Below are positions 20,669 to 31,290 of a stretch of DNA of 64,000 nt, piece after piece. The position numbers and the translations under genes were made by a program. The stretch's first letter is position 1. The number at the start of each line of letters is the position of its first letter. A model generated the notes under the pieces. It saw only the letters and a program-made list of their open reading frames with translations. It did not search any database and was not told the DNA's origin. The stretch is from an uncultured virus (IMG/VR IMGVR_UViG_2853092212_000004) (taxonomy: Duplodnaviria; Heunggongvirae; Uroviricota; Caudoviricetes): IMG/VR virus record IMGVR_UViG_2853092212_000004. One strand, 5' to 3'.

Positions 20669-21794
20669 TAAACTTACCCCCCTATAATTTCATTTAGAAG
20701 TCCATCAGTTTCTGCTTCTAACGCTTTAATATCTGCTTTAATATCACTAAGTGTTCTAAGTTTTACTGGTTTATAGAAGTATTTAGTAAAGCTAATTTCA
20801 TATCCTATTTGTGTTTTGCTTTCATCTATCCATGCATCAGGTGCAAATGATAATACTTCATCTTTGAAGAATTGCTCTATGCCTCCATCATGTAATAATG
20901 GTATTTGCTCTGTATCTCTTAAATTAGAATCAATTTCGTATTCTACAACACATTCTCTACCATCAATTGTTCCATTAAACAAACCATATAAAGGATTTGC
21001 TTCTGCTTTTCCACTCTTGTGTATTTTCTTTATTACTTTTTCTGCATTTTCATCAACTACCGCAAAGCTATTCTTAATTAAATTAAGTCTTTTAGCAGGA
21101 AGTTTTATGCTTAAGTTAGTAGCAACTTTGGTTAATTCATTTATAAATAAGTTATAATCATTTAATTTAGCATAATTTAGTTTCTCTGCAACTTCCGATA
21201 TAACATTCATAATTTCTGTATCATTTTGCTCTGTACACACCTTAGCAAAAGTTTCAATGTTATCTTTTGACAAATCTACACTTAAACGTAGTGGTCTTTC
21301 TACTGTTATCTTATAATATCCAAATTCTTTATTATCAAATATTTTTGACTGCTCTGTTTCTTCAAATTTGAGGAGCATATCTGAAATTTCTTTTCTAATC
21401 TCAGGTGTTAATTCACAATTCTTATTTCCTAAATTCTTTCTAAGTGGGCTTTTTAAAGTTGTTGCATCAATAAGTTGTACTTTTCCTTTGCGATGAGTAG
21501 CTTTTCTATTTGTAACAACCCAAATAAACGTTGCAATTCCAGTATTGTAAAACATATTTTCAGGTAATGCTATAATACATTCTAGCCAGTCATTTTCTAC
21601 GATATATCTTCTTAAATTACTTTCCCCTTGCCCTGCATCTCCAGTAAATAGTGAAGATCCATTATGAACTTCTACAATACGGCTGCCAAGTTCTGTATTA
21701 TGCTTCATTTTACTGATTTTATTTGCTAAAAATAACATTTGACCATCACTTGAACGAGGAAGCATTTTGAAATCTGATTCCCCATTATGAGATA

Positions 21795-22995
21795 TATATG
21801 TTGCAAAATGAAAAATTCAAAACTACTTATTAGGAAAATATAACCACAAATATAAATTGACTAAAACATTCAAACTAATATATAAAATAGAATTTTAGCG
21901 AGGTATCAAAATATGGATGTTTTAGTACTTAATAAAATTACCGGACACGAAGATGAGATTAATGAAATAAAAGATGCTTTAAAGTCTACAAAAAGTGTAA
22001 GATTATATAAACGATATTCTGTATTACTTAAACATTTCGATGGGTTTACAAATAGACAAATAGCCAAAATGGAAAATATAGATGAACATACTGTTTCAAT
22101 TTATATTAAAAATTATAAATCTAAAGGATTAGGTGGATTAAATATTGGCCACGGCGGCGGAGCTAGCAAAAAAATAAATGAAAAACAGGAAAAAATAATA
22201 GTAGAAACTATTACTACAAAAACACCAGAAGACGTTGGATTTGAATCTAAAAAGAATTGGACTATTGAGTTGGTGAGACAATGGATTATTAAGGAATTTA
22301 ATATAACCATGTCACATAGAGGAATAGCCTATGTATTGCATAGATTAAATTTGAGCTATACTAGACCGACTTATGTTTTAGCAAAAGCAGATAAAGAAAA
22401 ACAAGAAAAATTTAAAAATGACTTTGAGGTTCTAAAAAAAATGCCTTAATGGCTTAGTTGACACTATCTTATTTGAAGATGAATCAATGATTAGAGATTA
22501 TCAAGCAATACAAAAAAACTGGTTTATAAAAGGACATCAGAGAAAAATACCTACTTACGGGAAAAATGCTGGAGTTAAGCTTATGGGAATATTAAACTAT
22601 GAAACTGGTAAAGTATATTGTGAGGAGCATGAAAAATATGACGCACAGATATTCAAGGATTTTTTAGAAAATGTACTTAAGCAATATCCAACTGGAAAAA
22701 TTGTTATGGTACTAGACAATGCTAAAATTCATCATGCAAAATTGATACAACCATTTCTAAATGAAGTTAGAGACAGACTTGAATTGATGTTTTTACCACC
22801 ATATAGTCCAGAAATGAATTTGATTGAGGGGTTATGGGGATGGTTAAAGTCGTCTGTTATTAACAATGTGTTTTATAAATCTTTACCACAAGTTAGAAAT
22901 GCGGTTGAAAAGTTTATAAGAAATATAAATTTGGTTCCTACTCAGACAATAGACAGGCTATGCGTCCGGATGTAGAAACCAATTTGCAACATATA
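21795..22995 (+). mobile_element. IS630-family element (second type), 1201 bp
   Basis: IRs tatatgttgcaaa / tttgcaacatata, TA duplicated at 21793-94 and 22996-97. Confidence 0.93.
21913..22975 (+). CDS. IS630 transposase, orfA/orfB joined by frameshift at A8 run (22434-22441)
   Basis: HTH orfA; -1 frame gives ..CLNGLVDTILFEDESMIRD.. then DNA, LPPYSPEMNLIEGLW. Confidence 0.88.
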
Positions 22996-24175
22996 TACAA
23001 TAAAACGTGTATCACATATATCCCCTTTACCACCTAATCTATCCATATCTGTTTTCCAGCTCTTTCCATAAGGCGGATTTGAAAGCATAAAATCAAAATT
23101 CGTTGTAGGGAAACCATCATTTGAAAGTGTAGAACCATAAGCTACATTTTCGGCTTGTAATCCATCCCCCTTTAAAAGCATATCTGCTTTTGTTATAGCA
23201 TAAGTTTCTGGATTTATCTCTTGACCATATAGATTTATAGAAAGTTCTTTTTTATGATCCTTTGCAAGTTCTTGTAATCTTTCTTCTGCTATAGTAAGCA
23301 TTCCACCAGTACCGCAAGCACCATCATAAACTAGGTAAGAACCATCTGTAATCTTATCAACTACAGGTAAAAATGTAATATCAGCCATAAGTTCAACAAC
23401 ATCACGTGGAGTAAAATGTTCTCCTGCTTCCTCATTATTTTCTTCATTAAATTTACGAATTAATTCTTCGAAAATTGTACCCATTGTATGATTGTCTAAG
23501 GCTGGCAGTTTTATATCTCCATTATCATCAAGTACTGGATCAACACTTAAATTAATAGTTGGACTTACGAACTTTTCAATAACCGCACCTAAAATATCAG
23601 CTTCAATCATTGTATCTATTTGATTTCTAAACTTAAACTTTTCAAGTATTTCTTGTACATTAGGTGAGAATCCATCTAAATAAGCAATAAAATCTAACTT
23701 TAACTGCTGCTGTTTAGCTCTTGATTTTAAATCTCTAAGCTTAAATGGTGATGAATTACAAAATGCTTGACCAGAAACATTACATAAAGCAGCTGTTTGA
23801 TTTACAATTGCTGCAGCATCTAAATTCTTTTTCATTTCTAAAACTGCTTCTTTTGTTGGTTCAAGAACAGCATCAAGCCTTCTAATTACTGTCATTGGCA
23901 ATATTACATCTCTATATTTTCCTCTTACATATACATCACGTAAGCAGTCATCTGCTATACTCCATATAAAACTAACTATTTGATTATAAATTTGATTATC
24001 CATTCATCTTCCTCCGTTGCTATGCATATTTCGATATTTTTTTACAAATAAATGTAATTACAAATTCAATTATATTATAACTCTATAGCCCCACTAATTG
24101 CTATATCCGGTCATGTGTTGATTTATAAATTTATTTTTTATTTGTATATTTTATTTTAATATGTTAAACTTTCAG

Positions 24176-24209
24176 TATAAATGCAGTTGCTGCAACAACT
24201 GCATTTATA
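24176..24209. terminator. Hairpin, probable terminator
   Basis: tataaatgcagttg-ctgcaa-caactgcatttata. Confidence 0.6.
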
Positions 24210-24243
24210 GAAATTAGTATAATTTTATTATCTTGGTGCTTTC

Positions 24244-24657
24244 TTAAGCACTCTCTTTTATTTTTATATCTAAATTTTCCATAGTATTATCCATACTATC
24301 TCCATTTTTATGAATTACCCTTGCAATTTCTTTGTTTTTGTAATAAAACTCTGTTATTATATAATGAAGTGATTTCATACATCCATCACTTCTAGATATT
24401 GCCTCTACATTTGGTTCATCATAAGTTATTGTGTAATTTTTAATAATATAATCTAAAAACTCCTTATCTGCTGAAATTATTGTATATTGAGGTGTATTTA
24501 TATCAGCATTATTAAAAAATATTTTAGCTATCTTGCCATTACTTAAAATATAGTTTCCTATTTTTTCCCCATCCTTCGTACTTGCACTATAATTAGGCTT
24601 GTTTACAAATATCTCTGTTTCTTTTAATTCTGGTTCTTTTATATATTTTCTTCCCAT
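24244..24657 (-). CDS. Small protein with degenerate HNH-like C-terminus
   Basis: VIHKNGDSMDNTMENL. Confidence 0.6.
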   Translation of the reverse strand: MGRKYIKEPELKETEIFVNKPNYSASTKDGEKIGNYILSNGKIAKIFFNNADINTPQYTIISADKEFLDYIIKNYTITYDEPNVEAISRSDGCMKSLHYIITEFYYKNKEIARVIHKNGDSMDNTMENLDIKIKESA

Positions 24658-24738
24658 ATCATTTCCCTTCCTTTCTATTATATTTGAAATGTATATATTA
24701 CTACAATCAAATTACATCACCTCCTTTATTCAAGTATG

Positions 24739-26607
24739 CTATTCACTTATACCCATGATAGAATTTATTTTATTATTATTGTCATCATATATTTCTTTAG
24801 CTTTTGTAATAGTTCTTTCATAAGTTGTTTCATTATCAACTATTAATTGAGATAATTCCCTTAAAATCTTGTCTTCATAATTAGGTATTGCTAAAGAATT
24901 AAGTTTAGTGGGGCTTATTACTTTCATAGTTGAACCAGTAACTATACTTTCAATCATTTGTTTTCCAAATTTGCTATTAAGATATTTATTTAGTACTATA
25001 GAATCGTATTTATCATTATTAACTCTAATAATCATTAAATTTGATGAAATTATAGATTCTTTATACTCCTTTGTTACTATAGCAGTTTTAACTGCAGAAC
25101 CTTTAGCGGTTATGATTATATCCCCCTGTTTAATACAATATTTCTCTTGCCATATAGATTTTTTTAGTTCAATTTTATAATCATCATCATAATTTATTTT
25201 TCCTTCTTGTATATCCTTAACATTTAAATAATAATATCCTTGTTCATCTTTTAATTCTTCTAGATCATCTTTTGAAATTGATACTCCCCTTAAAGTTTCA
25301 GCAATAGTACAAAGTTCTATTGTATTTTCCAATTTTTCTTTAAGTTCTTCATATTCGATATACTCTTTTGTGTTTAAGCTGTATTTGTATTTTCTAATAA
25401 TATCTACATCTACTAATTTGCTATATTTATTAATTTCCTCACCTTTTTTGAATACTTCTATTATTTTGTCTTTCTGTTTTTGGTTTAAATAATTTTGATT
25501 TCTATTTTCCTTTTCATACTCTTCAGAAGCATTTATAAATAATATCTTACCTTTTTTATGTGTATCTTTACTTTTATTTAATACTAATATTTCTACTGGT
25601 ATACCTGTACCATAATATAGACTAGATGGTAAAGATATAACCGCTTCTATTAAATCATCTTTAATTATGCCTTTTCTTATTTCTTTATCTTGTTCTCTTA
25701 CCAAAGCTCCTTTTGAAACAATTAATGCCGCTTTCCCATTTTCATTCAAACAAGCTACCGCAGTTTGAATAAATGCCCAATCTGCGCTTGCATTTGAAGG
25801 AATACCATATTTATATCTTTGGTATTTATCAAATCTTGCTTCACTAGAATCCCATTTTAGAGCAAAAGGTGGATCACTAATTAGATAATCATATGTTATT
25901 ATCTGCCCCTTCTCGTCCTCTGGTAATTCTTTTAATACATCACATTGCTTAATATTCAATTTTTCTATATTGCTAAAAAACATATTTAACTTCATCTCAT
26001 TTATTATGTGTGTACTTAACTCACACGCACTAAAATTAATGCATATATCTTTTATTCCTTGCTCTTCCAAATAATCTCTAGTATTTATAGCAAAACTACC
26101 CATTCCAGCACATATATCTAAAAAGTTAGAATTATTTTTAACATCTATAATACGTGGCAATAAATAATTAATACTATCAGATGAATATATATTACCTATA
26201 AAGTTTTTAATTTGATATTCATTCAATATTTCATTAAATTCGCTTACTATTCTTTCTTCATTACCTATTATTTCTTCAACATTTTCAAATACAATTTTTA
26301 ACACATTATTTTTAATATTATACTTTTTATTCATGATGTGAATCCCGTTAAAACAGTATTTAGATAAAACACCTCTTAATAAAATAATTTTATTTTCCAA
26401 TACATCCGCGATTCTTAATATGTCTTCCTCATTTATCTCTAACTTATTTAGTTTATCCCACATACGTTCATTACATGGAATATTTTTTTCATATCGTATG
26501 CTATAAGTTTTAATAGCGATGAACCCTTTTATAATAGGTAATGAGTATTCATAAATTCCCTCCCCTCTCAAAAAATCCATAAGACTCCATAGTCTTTTTT
26601 CTAACAT
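24739..26607 (-). CDS. N6-adenine methyltransferase fused to a single HsdS-like TRD
   Basis: DICAGMGSF, DPPF, DWAFIQ, EAVISLP; C-terminal RG..LNVKDI..GDIII..KG TRD; start after AGGAG SD. Confidence 0.88.
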   Translation of the reverse strand: MLEKRLWSLMDFLRGEGIYEYSLPIIKGFIAIKTYSIRYEKNIPCNERMWDKLNKLEINEEDILRIADVLENKIILLRGVLSKYCFNGIHIMNKKYNIKNNVLKIVFENVEEIIGNEERIVSEFNEILNEYQIKNFIGNIYSSDSINYLLPRIIDVKNNSNFLDICAGMGSFAINTRDYLEEQGIKDICINFSACELSTHIINEMKLNMFFSNIEKLNIKQCDVLKELPEDEKGQIITYDYLISDPPFALKWDSSEARFDKYQRYKYGIPSNASADWAFIQTAVACLNENGKAALIVSKGALVREQDKEIRKGIIKDDLIEAVISLPSSLYYGTGIPVEILVLNKSKDTHKKGKILFINASEEYEKENRNQNYLNQKQKDKIIEVFKKGEEINKYSKLVDVDIIRKYKYSLNTKEYIEYEELKEKLENTIELCTIAETLRGVSISKDDLEELKDEQGYYYLNVKDIQEGKINYDDDYKIELKKSIWQEKYCIKQGDIIITAKGSAVKTAIVTKEYKESIISSNLMIIRVNNDKYDSIVLNKYLNSKFGKQMIESIVTGSTMKVISPTKLNSLAIPNYEDKILRELSQLIVDNETTYERTITKAKEIYDDNNNKINSIMGISE

Positions 26608-26623
26608 AACCTCATCTCCTTTC

Positions 26624-26732
26624 GGTATGGTTAATACCTTTATTATTTTAAGTAAAAAAAATTGCACTTTCCAAAACATGATTTATTTAGTAATTTAATA
26701 ATATCAAATGTTTTTGGTATGGTCAATACCTT
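26624..26732 (-). promoter_or_regulatory. Sigma-A promoter with two GGTAT-N5-ATACC operators
   Basis: Copies at 26624 and 26716; minus-strand TTGACC-N17-TATTAT overlaps the 26716 copy. Confidence 0.65.
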
Positions 26733-26961
26733 TTTTGAACTTTTTTATATATTTTGAATTATTTAAGCCCTCAAGTGCATTATCAAACACTCTATGGCTT
26801 TCCCTAATAATAATTTTCTTTTATCTCTGTTTCCTAACGCCGTATTAAGAAACACATCTAATTTAAACCACTTTTCAAATCCAGTTATACCAATCCATAT
26901 AATATTCTCTTATAGAATTATAGAATTATAGATATAAAACCGTTCTATAAATCTACAAACT

Positions 26962-27001
26962 AAAAAGACCCACGAAAATCCAAAAATTAGATTTTCGTGG
27001 G
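26962..27001 (-). terminator. Rho-independent terminator after tmRNA-like 3' fragment
   Basis: cccacgaaaatc..gattttcgtggg stem, T-rich tail on minus strand. Confidence 0.75.
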
Positions 27002-27006
27002 TTTCA

Positions 27007-27018
27007 TGGTGGAGGCGA
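27007..27018 (-). other. Attachment site: displaced tmRNA-like 3' end TCGCCTCCACCA (prophage left junction)
   Basis: CCA-ended acceptor-stem sequence followed by terminator; no T-arm upstream; lies between island and phage cargo. Confidence 0.7.
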
Positions 27019-27388
27019 ACCGTACACAATATCGCTCACAACAAATATATCAAGTTATAGGCATAATATAGATTAATAATAATAGGTGTGCAAATAGTTT
27101 ATTTAAATATTTGTCACACCTATTATATATGAACCCACGACTTCTGGATTAGTTTTTCTATGATTTATTACCCTTTATATTGATTTACACTGCTTATAGT
27201 TCTAACTTCTTAATTTATATGATATCTTCTCATATTATATAAATTTATAACTTTTGTGGGAAAAGTGTGGGAAGTGTGAAATTTATATCTCAAATCCGGT
27301 CTATAATTTCATTTTTCTATAAGTATAATAACTTAAATATAGATAGAGTCAATAATATAGGTTTAACTATATTATTGACTCTATCTGC

Positions 27389-27958
27389 TCAACTATTCAC
27401 TATATTATTTGCTAAATTTATTACTCCATTGTTTGGTATAAATCTCTGCATTGTCAAAATATTCATATCATTATCGACTACATTACTCCAGTCTTTATCA
27501 AAGGTCCAGATATAGTTAAAATTACTTTGTTTTGTTAAAGTATAAATTATTGCATCTCCCCATCTTAGCTTATTGTTAATTGCATTAATTTTAGCTTGTT
27601 GCAAAACTCCATTATTTATATTTCCAATTGGCTCGTCATACATATTAGGCAATGAGTTTACCGTGGTTAATATTGCATCTGCTTTCAAATAGCTTTGTTG
27701 AAGATAGCTTGTCATATTAGGTAATGCTACTTGTTTATTTTTAGGTATTGTTTGAGCTTCTTTATTTATTTGGAGCTCTTCCACGCTTTTTACAGTGTAG
27801 CAAAGCGTTATATTATTATCTAATGTGAATTGAGCAAAATTCAAGGCGTCTTGATCTCCCGATGCCAGATTTATAAGGCTACATGTATCCAAAACAATAA
27901 TATCACAGTTATTCAAATTATTTTGGGGGTTATTAAAATCAATAAAATTTGTCCCCAT
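27389..27958 (-). CDS. PIN-domain (VapC-like) nuclease
   Basis: VLDTCSL, VEEL, WGDAII, WTFDKDW acidic tetrad. Confidence 0.85.
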   Translation of the reverse strand: MGTNFIDFNNPQNNLNNCDIIVLDTCSLINLASGDQDALNFAQFTLDNNITLCYTVKSVEELQINKEAQTIPKNKQVALPNMTSYLQQSYLKADAILTTVNSLPNMYDEPIGNINNGVLQQAKINAINNKLRWGDAIIYTLTKQSNFNYIWTFDKDWSNVVDNDMNILTMQRFIPNNGVINLANNIVNS

Positions 27959-28185
27959 TACTTAACCCCCCTTATCTTATATAGTGTTTCTAACTCTTTT
28001 TCTTTATTCAGATTTAATTTTTTTATATTATCTAAGAAATTAGAAAAACCTATTTGTTTATCCTCATCACTCATTTTCTTTAACTTGTTTTCTTTAAAAT
28101 CTCTTATATTTTTCATATTATTCATAAGAGCATCCCTCTCATTGCAAATTTTTAAATATCTCTTCCTTCTTTCTATTATAGTCAA
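27958..28185 (-). CDS. Small basic protein coupled to PIN gene (real start possibly ~28125)
   Basis: TAATG stop/start overlap with PIN gene. Confidence 0.6.
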   Translation of the reverse strand: MTIIERRKRYLKICNERDALMNNMKNIRDFKENKLKKMSDEDKQIGFSNFLDNIKKLNLNKEKELETLYKIRGVK

Positions 28186-28699
28186 CTTTTATTTCATTTA
28201 GAACATTATTTATCTCAGATATTGGACATAAGCTTAAATTATATAAACCTTGTATATATAAATTCTTGTTATCGTTAAGTAATGGTTCAACTTTAATCTC
28301 TGATAAGCTTCCATTATATTGGAAAAACTCTCTTTTGCCGATTCCCAAGCTATCAGAAATCAAACTACCAAACTTCTCCTTAGAATACTTCATAACATCA
28401 ACTTTTAAATCTTGTGTATCTGCAAATAACACGGTCATTCTATTTATTACTTGATCCAACATAAATAGCTCTTGTATCTTAATTATATTGGACTGTATTC
28501 TATCAAAATATTCATGTGTACATGAATATTGAACTTGTACTGGTGTTAATATTATTTGTTCTGCATTTCCTGTTAGTACCAATTGATTAGGCATCGATAC
28601 TGCTCCCTGAAAATCCGGTTTGAGTATTTCCTGAATTCTTTGTACCTTTACATCATTTAAATCCCCAATGTTTATATTAAAGCTTAATATAGTATTCAT
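28139..28699 (-). CDS. Hypothetical protein, 186 aa, first gene of PIN operon
   Basis: GGAGGGG SD. Confidence 0.75.
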   Translation of the reverse strand: MNTILSFNINIGDLNDVKVQRIQEILKPDFQGAVSMPNQLVLTGNAEQIILTPVQVQYSCTHEYFDRIQSNIIKIQELFMLDQVINRMTVLFADTQDLKVDVMKYSKEKFGSLISDSLGIGKREFFQYNGSLSEIKVEPLLNDNKNLYIQGLYNLSLCPISEINNVLNEIKVDYNRKKEEIFKNLQ

Positions 28700-28744
28700 T
28701 AAACCCCTCCCATATATTGTACTTCTAAATAATTATGTTATCTT

Positions 28745-28797
28745 TAATAAGGTTATATATATGTATAATACTATTATACATATATATAACCTTATTA
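28745..28797. repeat. Perfect palindrome, 26-bp arms, 1-nt centre
   Basis: taataaggttatatatatgtataata-c-tattatacatatatataaccttatta. Confidence 0.95.
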
Positions 28798-29116
28798 TGT
28801 CAAGTATAAACTTACATAATATTAGCCAATGGAACTTAATATAATATATTTTCACACTAGAATTATTATCTATTTTAATATGTTTACCTCAATAATTAAA
28901 ACTCAAACTTAATACTTTACCAATTGGGAGTATTATTATGGTTAAATTAGTTTCTTACTATTTCTATTCCTGTTTAAAAAATAGCCGCTATAAATTCTCG
29001 ATATTAGTTTAATCAAAATGTAATTTAAAATTCTATAACATAGAACACTATGGCAAAATTTTTTTAAAAAGCAGATAAGCATTGATTCTAATTCCCTTTC
29101 AATGCTTATCTATTTT

Positions 29117-29545
29117 TTACAAAGCTTCTGTGTATGAAACTGCAATTAGACTATAATTACTATGGCCATCTCTACCAACTAATAAATTATATTGATTATA
29201 TATTTTTATGTACTCTGAAGATGTTCTTGTTGTATCACCTTTGCTATATTTCAGAGATGGTATAACTGAAAATATCCTACTAAATCTATCTTGATCGCTA
29301 GTTAGGTATACAAATCCTAATTTTCTTTTTACCTTTACTCCATCAATCTCATATTCACCTAATTTAAGAGAACTAGATATACCTAATAAATCATTTGATA
29401 TTAATTCTTGAGTATAATTATTTTCAGCTATAAAAACATCCTTGCTACCATCGCCTATCTTTTCTATGACTAATTCCTCCAATTTTGGATATCCTATTCC
29501 TGCTTTTTTCACTAATTCTAATGACATATAATCCCCTTCTTTCAA
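29117..29545 (-). CDS. Hypothetical phage moron protein
   Basis: ORF with SD and downstream hairpin near 29074-29112. Confidence 0.65.
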   Translation of the reverse strand: MKEGDYMSLELVKKAGIGYPKLEELVIEKIGDGSKDVFIAENNYTQELISNDLLGISSSLKLGEYEIDGVKVKRKLGFVYLTSDQDRFSRIFSVIPSLKYSKGDTTRTSSEYIKIYNQYNLLVGRDGHSNYSLIAVSYTEAL

Positions 29546-29635
29546 CCATAATAATTTTCATTTTAGTATATTTATATAATACTATTATTTGAACAAAGTT
29601 TCTATAAAAGGCAGATTAATTATTCCTCACTTAAT

Positions 29636-29947
29636 CTACCTCTTATTAATCATTTGAATCATCTCTACATCTCCATAGTTGTCCTTGGAATCATCATCTG
29701 AATACCATCTCACCTGTCCATTAGTATAATATCTATGACCAGTCTTCCACCCTATTTTTCTTAATCGTGCTACTATTTTTTCAACATATCTAAATTGTAT
29801 CGCAATGCTTATTTCTTTAATCCCTTTTCTGAAATCTCCTACTTCAAGTGTAAATATTTTATATCCTTCATCTTCTTCTAGATTATACTTTTTCATGATT
29901 TCCTCAGTTTCTTCTATCATTTTTTTCTGAGATTTTGATAAAATCAT
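29636..29947 (-). CDS. Hypothetical phage moron protein
   Basis: 103-aa ORF with SD. Confidence 0.6.
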   Translation of the reverse strand: MILSKSQKKMIEETEEIMKKYNLEEDEGYKIFTLEVGDFRKGIKEISIAIQFRYVEKIVARLRKIGWKTGHRYYTNGQVRWYSDDDSKDNYGDVEMIQMINKR

Positions 29948-30055
29948 TTATCCCACCCCCTTATCATACATTTTATTTATATTTTACCACTTAATCCTAA
30001 ATAAAAAAATAAAAGGGCATAGAAATTAATCTACGCCCATAATTTTTACTCATAT

Positions 30056-30850
30056 TCAGTTATTTCCTGTATAGTCAGCATTTAAGAATAGAGCAGCTTC
30101 AGCTTCTCTTCTCTTTAGTAATCCAACGCTTGTTTGTCCATTTGCTTTACTCCAAGCTTGGAAGTTAACTCTTAAAGTATCTGCATCTCTAATACCTGCA
30201 ACTATATTCCTATAAAGAGTTGAACCCAATAAAGCATCTGTACCGCAATTATAAGCAAATGAAATGAGAGCGTCTAATTGATTTTGATTTAAAGAAACGC
30301 CCTTACTATCCAAATCTACTTTAATTGTTTCAGCGCAATTTTTAGCTTCTTGTTTAAGCCATGCAACAGCTTGCTCTTCTGTGCAAGTTGAATCTAAATT
30401 ATTAGGAAAAGCATCTGGTATTGAACAATAACAAGTGCCATAACCTATTGTCCAATACTCCTTCACACTTAAACCATAATAAGGATCTGCATAAGCATGA
30501 TCATAAAACCCTTCCCAACTACCTATAAACTTTGCTCCATTATCTGATAATAGAGACTCTTGCCATTCACCCTTATCGTTAAATGTTTGTTTTTTACCAT
30601 CTATAGTATAAGTACCACTACAATACATAGAACCATCTGAATTGAGATAATACCATTTGTTCTCTAATTGTAGCCATCCCGTTAACATTCTTCCTGTAGA
30701 ATCTAAGTAATACCACTTATTATCAAGCTGAATCCAACCTGCAGCCATTGCTCCATTAGGATTTAAATAGTACCAATAATCTCCTATCCTTTGCCATCCT
30801 TTTAATAAGGTTCCGTTATCTCCAACTAAACACCATTGCCATTTTGCCAT
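30056..30850 (-). CDS. Endolysin: N-terminal choline-binding repeats + GH24 lysozyme
   Basis: WYYLNPNGAM repeats; WEG..YAD..WTIGYG, DALISFAYNCG, GLLKRREAE. Confidence 0.92.
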   Translation of the reverse strand: MAKWQWCLVGDNGTLLKGWQRIGDYWYYLNPNGAMAAGWIQLDNKWYYLDSTGRMLTGWLQLENKWYYLNSDGSMYCSGTYTIDGKKQTFNDKGEWQESLLSDNGAKFIGSWEGFYDHAYADPYYGLSVKEYWTIGYGTCYCSIPDAFPNNLDSTCTEEQAVAWLKQEAKNCAETIKVDLDSKGVSLNQNQLDALISFAYNCGTDALLGSTLYRNIVAGIRDADTLRVNFQAWSKANGQTSVGLLKRREAEAALFLNADYTGNN

Positions 30851-30869
30851 AATTATCGCCTTCTTTCTT

Positions 30870-31271
30870 TTATCGTGGTGTACTTGCACTTATCGGATTA
30901 ACAACTGCACCAATTTCTTGTACATTTTCTGGATTATCTACTGCAATCTTAGATCTTGCACTATTTTGTGTAACTGTGCTATTTATAGATATAGTAGAAC
31001 TTTCTGTTTTAACCTCTTCTTGTGTATTGGTAGCATTAACAGCTTGTACTGTTGCATCTGCTACAACTTGGTCGTTTATTCCTGGTGTACTTGTATCTAC
31101 AACAATTCCTAACATAACAAGAATACTCAATACAGAATTAACTATATCAGCATAGTTACTTGGAATTAGATCTTTGAATCCTAACTGTTGAATAAGCAAT
31201 ACTATTGCTCCCACCATTGATAAAATAAAAGTTTTATTTCTAAATCTTGATTTTAAATCTAATGTTATCAT
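30870..31271 (-). CDS. Holin (phi LC3-like)
   Basis: KSRFRNKTF, two TM segments, LGIVVDTSTPG. Confidence 0.85.
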   Translation of the reverse strand: MITLDLKSRFRNKTFILSMVGAIVLLIQQLGFKDLIPSNYADIVNSVLSILVMLGIVVDTSTPGINDQVVADATVQAVNATNTQEEVKTESSTISINSTVTQNSARSKIAVDNPENVQEIGAVVNPISASTPR

Positions 31272-31290
31272 TTTTACATTCCACCTTTTC

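Larger units (their letters stand above)
20674..24003 (-). pseudogene. hsdM: Type I methyltransferase split by IS630
   Basis: GEHFTP, GTGGML, NPPY in 5' part; removing the IS and one TA restores ..RFIV-SHNGESDFKMLPRSSDGQ.. in frame (708 aa). Confidence 0.93.
311..26960 (-). mobile_element. SCC-like integrative island (boundaries approximate, may extend left of window)
   Basis: LSR + PolA/small protein/D5 helicase + XRE pair + DUF960 + RadC + type I R-M; no virion or conjugation genes. Confidence 0.7.

Noticed and set aside
27255..27276. tgtggga direct repeats as tyrosine-integrase arm sites
   Set aside because: Only two short copies, and the integrase type cannot be seen in the window
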